Under the pieces are notes generated by a model that saw only the letters and a list, made by a program, of their open reading frames with translations, did not search any database and was not told the origin of the DNA. Both the position numbers and the translations under genes were made by a program. A stretch of DNA of 59,341 nt, filler included, from Jimgerdemannia flammicorona (Eukaryota): the NCBI GenBank assembly GCA_003990765.1. It is 3 parts of 3 records of this genome, joined end to end, with 100 filler letters (N's around TTAATTAATTAA, not from the genome) between each part and the next. Parts side by side here need not be neighbours in the genome. Positions count along the whole stretch, not along the records: positions 39,633 to 59,341 come from RBNJ01001869.1; 2 more parts are not named here. One strand, 5' to 3'. Position 1 is the first letter of the stretch. Each line of letters opens with the position of its first letter. This document shows, piece by piece, positions 49,353 through 59,341 of this stretch.

Positions 49353-51922
49353 TGTCCCGAATCGAAGTGACGAGAGTGCACTTGAACGTTGCGTGCTGGA
49401 ATATGGTTCGGGGGGTTTTTTTTTTTTTTTTTTTTCCTTCTCGATTTGGCGCAACGAAATCATTGTGGATTCGTTTCTCATTTGACAGCCAATCGCCGAT
49501 TTTACAAGATGAGGTTCGTAGCGACCAGTTGATCAATACATATGAGTTATTCATCATATGACATTTCTTGCTTTCAATTTCAAAAATCACAGCTACCATA
49601 TCCAAATATTTGCTTCATCCTGGATATTGTTTCTCCATTCGTTGGTTGAAGTATTTCGCGTACGACTTGTATATTCATTGCTTTGAATCTCGAGAAAAAT
49701 ACAGGTATATTGACGCGGATTTGTATATGAACAGCCAGACAGTAAGGAAGGATTCAATTTCAAATCCATTTATGTCCCTTTCACGTGAGGTCGTTGCGGA
49801 TACGTCGGCGTACAGAATTTACGGGATAGAGACACCACGCGACAACGTTTGGTATTTGGGTAGGGTTATTGGTGGGAGCATCGCATTTTTGATATAGGAA
49901 TCGAGGAACGTAGTTTAACACAACTTGACCATTTCCGGCGGATATGTGGGCAAAACGACAAGGTTTTTTAGTGAATACATTCAGAGGCTTTCCCGACGTA
50001 CATATGCACAAGCACAAAAACGCCAAGCGGAACTAACTCACATAATGAACTTAGGGTAGTTAATGAAACAATCGCGCAGTTGGTTGATCGTCTCATCAAT
50101 CGACCAGTGGTGCGAGATCGTATACATGAATGGAAAGAAGCCTTCAATCGAGGACATGATTATAAGACAGCCAAGATTCATGTGAGCAAAAAAATATATG
50201 TGGATTTCGCCAAACCATCGCTGCCGCTATTTTAATAATCAAAAGCTATATCGCCTGCACAACCACATAGTTGAACCAGAGAGCGGAACTAATTGATGGG
50301 TTTCGACGGGTGATGGCATGCGTAATCACGCTTCTCAAATTCGACGTTGATGAGAATGAAAATATAACGCTGACAAGATAGCTGCTTAAAAATTCGGGAG
50401 TTATTTGGGCCATAACTTTGTGTTCGTATTGTAAAAACCTGAATAAATAACCGCATGAGGCAAAGTCGCGATAAAACGTCTTCGTAGCGGCAGAGCGGTT
50501 AAATCTAATTTTTTTTTTATTCATATAGCATGGGTCATCTACCCATATCGTTGCGTTGCGCGACATTTGGCAGTCCGACGTTATACTTCTATGGGTTTGG
50601 TAGCGGGTATATACAATTTAGAAAGTAGAAATAGACTCTCACAATGAAGCAGGGGAACGTTAAATACTTGAAGGGACCATAAATTCATTGACGACCGAAT
50701 ACTTACCTTAACTGCATGAATCAGCCTATCATCTAAGCGGCATTGCATGAATTTACTGGGCTACTCGAAGAGTTTTCCACGGCTCTTCAAGAGGCGGAAC
50801 GGGCCGGTACAGGGAGTTGCTCCTGTACGTAATACCAGCTTGTGTGGGGGAACGGAAGTCGGAATTGAACTTGCTTCTGCTCCGAGGTCTCGGGGTGTCG
50901 GAAAATATTTTTGATGCGTTTCACGGTCTCGCTGGATGATCGGTCGAGGACAAGCTCCTTGAGAAAAGGTTCTCGAATACTGGCATTCCTCAAGCCAAAA
51001 AAGAATGACTTTCAAACATTCCACTGCATCTGGTTGGTCGCTTGGATTGACCCGCTGAAGATTTTTTTTTTTTTTTTTTTTTTTTTAGGGTTCTCACGTA
51101 ATCCGTCTGGTCGGGGTGGAATGTGTGGCCACAGAACTGTTCCGAGGTACTCCGCAATTATTAGCACAAATGGATATACATGCTGATCTGACGAACAGGT
51201 TGCTAACATTCCGCACAGGCTAGCTGTCAAATAACTAAATAGCATCAGTTGTGTAAGGCGGTATCACCTTTCGGTGACATTTTCGAGCGGATGTGGTCCT
51301 CGTTCTTTGGGCATTAGCTCCTAGCCGGACCCTCTTCCCTGCAAATACCACTTAATGCAAGTCACATATTTAGTTTGCTTTGTTCATGTAAAGGTGGTAA
51401 AGGGGTCACGCGAAACTCATGCTAAGGGTCACATGCTAGTCGTTTATCGTGGTAAACCCTAACATCGCGAGCCCACAAATCCAATCATACTCGGCATCCA
51501 CACTGCCGATCGGCCACCTCAATACGCGCAGAACGGAATAAACCCGAAAGCTGGGAAGTGCCGTAGCGTAATGCCCGTCCCGTTGAATCAAAGGACGAAA
51601 TGCCAGCAGACGTGTACGATTCGTTTACCCTCATGATTTGGTCTAGACCAAAAATGAATAACTCTATTATGATAGTATATAAATTGACCATTTGTCTTTG
51701 GCTTTGACTACACTAAGAAGCTTTAAGTTTGCCGTGCACTGCGCTTGGACTATAAAAACGCAATCGACTTGGAGCGAATTTATTAGTGTCGTCGCATTTA
51801 CCTACATCCTCATTATTCTCCACTACCTGCGGCAGTTTGTTTCCTTCCTTTAACTGAATTCATCAGAAAATTCACCAGGCAAACTTCCCTCAACTTCGAT
51901 CCCAACCAATCTGGTCGTCGTC

Positions 51923-52079
51923 TTGCGCAAACTTACCGAATACAGTGACCGCCAGAAGGCCGCCCTTGCAGATTTGCGGGCGCAATTTAGCCTCTCGCAG
52001 GAGACCCAAGAGAGTTTGGTGCTGTCGTTCGTGCACGAGTCTGGCCAGGCCATGCGCGTGATTCCAACATATGTCATAG
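51923..52079 (+). pseudogene. Isolated hexokinase-like N-terminal exon fragment
   Basis: LRAQFSLSQETQESLVLSFVHE..GQAMRVIPTYVIG resembles the hexokinase N-terminus (F.L....L..I...F..E...M.MIPTYV.G) and ends at donor gtatgt; no downstream hexokinase exons seen. Confidence 0.4.
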
Positions 52080-52773
52080 GTATGTGTTCTTTGAACTTGC
52101 GTTAATGTTTGCGTGCTTGAGTAGTTTACCTTGACGCTCGTCCATTATGTCGCAGTTATGATGCAAGTGCTAATATTCCATGGCGTGGGGTGGAATTGAA
52201 AGCGCACACAGCCTTCATTCCGCTTGCATTTCTTGTGATCAGGAATTCTCACTGGCGATAAACGGGGTACATGCCTTGCGCTCTCCGTCCACGAGGTCAA
52301 AGGACCGATATAATTCATTTGATCACATGATTGCGAAGAAAAGGGGGGTATGCTGTGCAGTCTTTAAAACACCAGGCTTCATTGTGCATGTCGTTTTTTT
52401 TTTTCTAATGCAACAAAATATCCCAGCCTTTGCGACCAGGAACGGATTCAAAATTTTCACACTGCATTGCGAATTAGTTGTGTGGGAACTCCAGAGTAGT
52501 GCCTTAAGCACTTAGTTCGATTGACGGTATGAACTACTGACCCCTTGTTTAATCATGCCAAGGCATCGCCTGACAAATTCCCAAATGACACCACTAATTC
52601 AATGAGGGTATCACACATTTTCAAGTGAAAGGAAGCTAATCGCTTTGTCGAGCTGCACAACGGATCACGCCTTTGATGGCTTGCCAGGTATATACGTGAA
52701 AAAGTATAAAAGGGTAACCCACTGCTCATCCAATCGCTGCCGCCAAACCCTCCCTTTCCCAACCATACAAATC

Positions 52774-53849
52774 ATGGCCCAATTCAAAACAGTCCTCGTC
52801 GCAGGCGGCTTCGGCAGACTTGGTAAGTTTATTATCGACGAGTTCGTCGCCAATGGTACTTACAATGTGAAGATCCTCTCCCGCCCCTCCTCCCTCACCG
52901 TAAGTACCAATTTGATGGTGTTATTTCCCGCGCTCTTCAACCCCCGCATTGCTGTGTGGACTTTCCATTCGTTCAGTTAGCTGACTGAAACATGTTTCCA
53001 ACTCCTATTATAGGAACGCATCTCCGTTATTGAGAAATACAAGGCAGTTGGCGTCGAGGTTGTCGCCGTTGAGTACACAGATCATGCGGGACTCGTGAAG
53101 ATTCTCAAAGGCGTCGATGTCGTTGTCAGCACAGTCTCCATAGAAGCCGTTTATGATGAGCAAATCGTGCTGATTAAGGCGTCCGTGGAAGCTGGGGTCA
53201 AGAGGTTCATTCCCTCCGATTTTGGATCCGATCACGAAAGGTGATTCTCTTAAACCATTCGCGCCGTCTATCAATTACCGACCAACGAAATCTTATTCAG
53301 TCACCCACCCACAGGGTCAAGCATCCCTTCATCGTCCCAAAGGTTCGAATTGCGGAACACCTCCGTGCCCATAAGACGCTGGAGCACACAATCTTTTACA
53401 CCAACTATTGGACTGACACAACGCTCCAATTTGCCGGATGGGACCTCGACGCCCACAAGGCCATTGTCATTGGCGATGGCAACGACAAGTTCACCCTCAC
53501 CCACCGCCGTGACATAGCAAAGTTCGTCGTTGCCAGCCTCAAGAACCCAAAAGCCCGTAACGCCGTCCATGGCACCGCATCGGAGGTCGTCACGTGGAAC
53601 GAGATTATCAGATCGGCGGAGAAGCATTCGGGGCATAAGTTCGAGGTCACTTACAGGAGCCTCAGTGAGGTAGAGGAACAACTTAAGATTACCAAAGAGT
53701 CGGCGTTCGAGACTGCCAGAGATGAGTTGTTTAGCCTGCCACCGCGGGGTCAAGGGGTTATTGTCGAGAATGTGAAGGAAGAATATCCCGAGATCAAGAC
53801 CATCACAATTGATGAGTACTTGCGCGAGTATTACGCCAACAAGCCATAA
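52774..53849 (+). CDS. NmrA-like / isoflavone-reductase-like NAD(P)-binding protein (exons 52774-52899, 53014-53240, 53315-53849)
   Basis: VLVAGGFGRLG Rossmann motif, GVDVVVS, AGVKRFIPSDFG, GDGNDKFTLTHRRDIAKFV; GT-AG introns keep the frame; TATAAAA at ~52706. Confidence 0.93.
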
Positions 53850-54749
53850 ATCGGTTTGAATATTGCAAGCTCGTTGCTTTGAGGTACTTCGCCTGAAAAA
53901 ATATTGCTTTTCATAATAATAACAAAAGCGCTTGTGATATCATTAAGAGATATAATTTAATAAAGCAAATCATTTTTAATGACGCTCGGTTTGTGCGCTG
54001 AGCATGTTCAACTAAAATTTCAGAAGAAAAACACTTGATTTTCTCGCCGTTAAATCTCGGAGTAATATATTCTCATTGACATCCTTTAATCAGGATCATT
54101 TGTAAACGGAGAATATGAGCGCCGTTTGCACGGTATCGAATCTTCGGAAATATTCCATAATCTACGATCACCTTCGGAACCATATCAAAACAATTCACAC
54201 GAGAGTCAAGCAGAAATAGTTTGACGCCGACCCCTATTCCAGGTAAGTATATATCTCGCTACCGCTCCTGACACCTACAAATCGGTTATAAAATCTGGCA
54301 ACATGAAGCCTCATACATCCACACACACACACACAAAAGGGTTTTGTTAATGGAAACTAATTTTTGAGCTCGCAAAGGCCAAAGTGAGATTTGATTCATT
54401 CTGTGCTTAATTTTTCTTTGACGGAATGAATACACACAATCTTGACATTCTCAATCGTAAACTGGGTTCCACGTATTGTATGTATATGCTGGGCTAGAGC
54501 AATATTTCGTGTGACTTCCGTCGTTGCAGAAATAAGGCCAGATAGGCTTATTCTCAAAGGAAAGGTCAAACTGGAATTGTGGAATTCGGTTAAGTGTTTT
54601 TATTATTGAAGACTTACTTTGATGGAAAGCACAAAGACAAAAAATGATGAATTTCAAATTCCCACTTTACCTAAACGTTCTTCTGGATAAATCTCTAGTA
54701 TATCTCCTGCATGGACTATCTCGTATTGGCATGAAGTCGCATTACGTTA

Positions 54750-55663
54750 CTTATGGAATTTTAGGGATTTCAATGTAAAATTTATACTCCTTTTGACAAA
54801 CTGTAATTGAAGCATCAGACATTCCAAGAACCTCCTTCACATGTTGGTACATGCGACGGAACAACCATCATCACAAACGCAACGACAACACAAAAAGGGA
54901 GTAAAATCCCCGGACGTTGACAGGCTGAACCAGCTGGACATGCGTTTTAATTTGTTTTCCAATTGCTGGAAACCGCAATCGCATTCTGGATTCTGAATGC
55001 ACTCGAATCCAGTCCAGGATTAATACTGCGAGAGCTCGTTAACTCCGTCGATGAACCGCAGCCGTGCCGCCTGTATCTCGACCCTTGTCTCAAGGCTCAG
55101 CCGCTTATACCCTTGCCGACGGCCCAGTTTTGCGTAGTCTTCAATTACCAGCGCAGATGAGTCTCTATACGCTCTCGGCAGCAGATATTTGTCTGCTAGC
55201 AGTAACACCTCCAACGGCCTTTCTTTGAGATCCCTTGCGAGCAGAAAGTCGCACATACGCAAGATCCGTGGGAAGTGGTATCGGTTCGCCAGCTTCAGGA
55301 TTGTCTCCACGTTCTTCAATCTCTGTTGTGCAGGTATAATGTCGAGAGGAGCAACTCCACGTCGCGTGGGTTGGCCTCGTCTACTCGGACACAGGCGATA
55401 ATACCAGAGTTAGCACCAGTCGCTGTGTAGTCTTGGTGTGGGCAGGCGTTGTTGTTGTTCTGGGGGTCTGTCTCGCTCAAGAATTCGGGCAAGAGGTTTT
55501 CGAAGTAGGAGGACGAAAGGCGGAGGATGCTGGCATGGACACGAAAATGGGCGTTATCCACGCAGAGGATCACGTTGCCATCGTCGTAATAGTGGTTGGC
55601 CCTAATTTCGGGCTTGACGTGTGAGGAAGTTGATAGGGCAGTGGTTTTCATAATGTAACTCAT
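54750..55663 (-). pseudogene. BTB/POZ-domain gene, frameshifted (end approximate)
   Basis: YYDDGNVILCVDNAHFRVHASILRLSSSYFENL BTB start; frameshift at ~55318 with no GT-AG intron, then KNVETILKLANRYHF..LLLADKYLL; in-frame stop at 55020-55022 with coding-like sequence beyond. Confidence 0.75.
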
Positions 55664-56362
55664 GGTGGAATGGCTTTCCGAAGGATTTTTTTTTTTTTTT
55701 TTTGGAGAGTTATTTGGGTAGTTCGTCAGAGCAGACCGGGAGGGGGGGTTATAGTAGTTGTGCACGTCATCACCAGACGCTTCAGATATTCTTGGATCCG
55801 GGCGCTATCACACCTACAACTTATCAGGTATATTGGTGACGAAAAATAAATATATCAGTTTGAAACTCAACATCTGGTATGCGAGATCAAATACTAGAGA
55901 TATACTCTTGGACACTCTGGCGAACCTTTAAATGGGATCTCCGCTCATCCAGCGGGATGCTGTGATCAACGCCTACGTAAAGAGTATGATTGGCGTTGTT
56001 CTAAGTAGTTAACATCGCAGATGGATGAAACGGGAAAACCCATCTTCGAACAAGCAGATTGGAATCGGTGGAAGTAACAAAGCAAATAAAGGCAAAACCC
56101 TGTGTAAAATGTACAACGTTTGGTGACAAAAACTAGAAAAGAAATATATTTTCCAGATAAAAAACTCCCGATCAGACGACATATTTGTTCTACCCAACCT
56201 CTCGCTGCACTCTCACCTAATACAGGCTCCATCAAAGGATCCCAATTTGACATGTGATTTGGTGGATTTCCCCGAACTCAAATTTTGCACTTTGCACTTT
56301 GCACTGTGAGGCTTCTGTAAATAGGCAGCTTGTGTCCGACGGTCGGTCACAATTGCTCAAAA

Positions 56363-56990
56363 GTGGGATAGACGCCATTGCGCGCGGCCGCAGAGAGCGG
56401 GAACGCTGAGGTTGCGAGGTTGCTCGTAGTTGAGTTAGGGACAGACACCAACGTTAGGGACAAATGGGGATGGGCGACTGTGGGCCCGCGACGAGCGGGT
56501 ACGCCGAGATTGCGAGGTTATTCCGAAGTGATACCAACGCCAAGGGCGACTATAAATTGACTCTGCCGAGGATAAGCACGCTGAGAATACGAGATTGCTC
56601 GTGGCTGAGTTCGGAGCGGGTGACATTTCCTACTGGGACAACCCTTCACGTGTGTACACAGACCATCATGCCCTCAAGTACATCCACACCCAGACCGTAC
56701 TGACCCACAGACAAGCACGATGGATGTAGAAAATCGCAGCTTTCGACATGGAAAGCAAGTATATACATCTCAGGCAAAACCAATAAGGTGGCAGATGGAC
56801 TATCAAGGTATATACATGGATGATAAACTGACGCCAACGCCAAGAATAAACACCGATGGACGTCGTTGTATGGGACCACTAAGAACGGGCATGCCCAGAA
56901 TAAATTGGAGTGGTCGCCGCTGCACGGGACGACGGAGAACGGAAACGCTGAGGTTGTAAGGTTGCTCGTGTCCGAGTTAGGGGGAATACC
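56363..56990 (+). pseudogene. Ankyrin-repeat gene remnant
   Basis: TPLRAAAESGNAEVARLLVVELGTDTNVRDKWG and WSPLHGTTENGNAEVVRLLVSELG, in different frames with broken repeats between. Confidence 0.8.
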
Positions 56991-57962
56991 AAGGACCTAT
57001 GGGAACAGATGCCCCGGAACTGAACGGGTACTACGTTCTCTACCAACAAACCACATGCGCAGAGTGAACCGAGGGGCAATGGGTGGTTCTTTCCCACTTG
57101 GAAGTGGTGAATAATGGACCTCAATCAGGAAATGCGAGTGAAATATACCAACCGCACCCACTGGAGGCGACGTCATGGACTTTCACTTCCCTAAATTCGC
57201 GTTTGTCATATACTACGCAATATATTGACGCTCGGGAAATACAATGGCAGAAGCAATGAAGAATTTCTTGCCCAATGCAAATGAATCTGACGTTCCAATG
57301 TTTGTTTGGGTTGTAATGCCAAGAGGAATATGGTTCTTCAGACAGTGCGTCAGATAAATGCGACCTTGCTCGATGTCTCACTCGCGCTATCGTTCGCTCA
57401 CTCCACAAACCTCTCGGAGCGTCTTGCTGCTTTGGTAAAAATGCAATTGGAACCTTCCGATCTGAAATACGACTACCCAACGTATATACATTATATATCT
57501 GGTTGTAATGTAGAGGTATAAAATTGTGGGGTTTGTTACTCTCGATCATCCGTGCGGCCGTGCGAATTATCCGGGTGGAATTGGAGATTACATCAACATG
57601 CACGTTTCGTGAACAAGTCCTACCTCCAGGAGGATAAGAATTGTAATGTTTCGGGTGTGATGAAAAATAAATAAATAAATAAATAACCGCTTTCCGTTCG
57701 GCTGGCGATTTTGCCAAAGAATAAGGCAATATCAAGCCTAAATTCCTTCCGATGACATCGTTTTGTACCAGCAAACCGATAATGATCGAAATAAATCAAA
57801 TGGACCATGCGCCGTCCGAAGTCTTTGGGGATTCATAATTATCTACGCATTACGGAGTTTATATTTTTGGCTTTGGCTAGAACGACATACGTCAATAATT
57901 TTTGCATAAAAGAGTATCAAAGATCATTTACAAATATTCGAGGATCATAAACATCTCGAAAT

Positions 57963-58343
57963 TTATGTAGGCATGGTGGTTTCGAGTTCGGGAATATAGG
58001 GGTGTTTGGACGCGACATGCCTCTGCAAGATCTCCGGAGACTTGAAAGAGTCGAAACAAGTTAAGCAGGGTAAGTCGTCCGGCAACGGCGCCGGGCAAGT
58101 CATTGTGTGCCAAGGCCACACAATCTCGGGCACAAGAATACCGCAGCGCTTGCAAGGCGATGGGTGTGAAGGACAGATCTGCAGATGCCCCTCCACTTCT
58201 GCTCGGAGTATTCGATGGCGGCAAAGCCTGCACACAGGATTTCTCTTGGGGCAGTGAAAGCGCGTATGGGTGTTGAGGCTGGGTTTCAGGGTGAAGGAAG
58301 CTGAGCAATCAGGGCAGCGGAAAAGAGCTGTATCCGTGGACAT
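57963..58343 (-). CDS. 126-aa multi-zinc-finger protein (C2H2 plus TRAF-like C2HC fingers)
   Basis: CPDC..HTRFHC, CRLC..HLQIC, CKRC..HTMTC, CLTC..HVASKH; ATG 58343 just downstream of tatat. Confidence 0.75.
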   Translation of the reverse strand: MSTDTALFRCPDCSASFTLKPSLNTHTRFHCPKRNPVCRLCRHRILRAEVEGHLQICPSHPSPCKRCGILVPEIVWPWHTMTCPAPLPDDLPCLTCFDSFKSPEILQRHVASKHPYIPELETTMPT

Positions 58344-58878
58344 GACTGGGGGAACTTGGAAAGATATAGAGAGGGTTGGCTGAAAATTCTCTTGGATAAA
58401 TAGGCTTCCATGATTTATGCTTGCGAACACCACACATTATGACAAAGCTTTGAGTCCTTTACTCTTGGGAACTGTATGTTTGATGCAAGGCGTCTGTTGG
58501 TCGTTTCAGGGGGAAGAAAAGGATGACAATCACATGCTCAGCGACACATGCCAACTGATTCTACAACACCACATTCATACAGTATTAAGGACTTGATCCG
58601 GTGGAGTGCGCATGAAACGTGCAGCTTTTTTCCGAGAGGCGCACCAAAGTTAGGAGGAGCAATCTTCAGGCAAAACCAATTTTATTTATTTATAGTCTTT
58701 TGGAGACAGCAATAGTCTCTCCATAAATTTGACAGGCGGAACAGGAGTCGAATATAACCTTACATGACCAAAATAAAATCTTCCTGCGTGCATAATTCAT
58801 CATGTAATTGAGTAAAGTGACGATTGTATGTTCAGGAACGATCGCATTATAAAGGTACAGAGCAAATAGGATACATAA

Positions 58879-58879
<1 letters not shown>

Positions 58880-58950
<71 letters not shown>
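58880..58950 (+). repeat. Poly(A) tract, 71 nt
   Basis: Direct read. Confidence 0.95.
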
Positions 58951-58954
<4 letters not shown>

Positions 58955-59305
58955 ACTGACACATGAAAAGAAACAATGAGGAATACGTCTCCTGTAGATA
59001 ATTTTTACCATCACTGTAGCCAATAGAAATTTTTGAGCAACATTCAGATGTGAATATGAGTCATTACCTTCGGATTTTTAGAATCCTAATAATTGTCATA
59101 ATTTTCAAAAATTACAGGCAGACCAAATAACAACCCGTCATTATTTTTCAAATTACACTTGGGAAAATGCCTTACGAACCTCGTTCTTCTTTAGGGGATC
59201 CCATCCATTTCTTTATGTCGAAGAGTTGAAATCAGATTTTCCAACGTTATCGAAGCATTGATTACTCCTGAAGCACGTCACCAATGATAGATATCACATA
59301 ATAGG

Positions 59306-59341
<36 letters not shown>

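Noticed and set aside
58690..58962. Poly-Phe ORF, or a retroposon poly(A) tail
   Set aside because: Translation of the A tract; no TSD or element body recognised, and long homopolymers are common in this assembly.

Overview
Eukaryotic, almost certainly fungal DNA (short spliceosomal introns, fungal-type BTB/NmrA genes, fungal-style LTR elements). An early-diverging lineage such as Mucoromycota is plausible but only an inference. The window is three unrelated contigs (19,717, 19,715 and 19,709 bp) joined by 100-bp N44-TTAATTAATTAA-N44 linkers. Contig 1 holds a decayed dUTPase-carrying Ty3/gypsy element (family A, 492-7016) and gene-poor host DNA with one intact intronless 7-TM gene. Contig 2 is a nested, C>T/G>A-hypermutated transposon graveyard: Copia remnants, a chromodomain remnant, a Tc1 (DD34E) element, solo LTRs and a second dUTPase-carrying gypsy element (family C). 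Contig 3 has a tandem duplication with two 59-aa three-exon Tudor/SH3-like genes missed by the ORF track, a GC-rich minisatellite, an NmrA-like gene, a zinc-finger gene and several pseudogenes. There are two main findings. (1) An uncharacterised accessory protein is shared by three gypsy families; in families B and C it is encoded entirely inside the LTR behind a conserved TATA motif, so a solo LTR may be a complete gene cassette. (2) The coding exons of the micro-protein paralogs have diverged much faster than their non-coding flanks.
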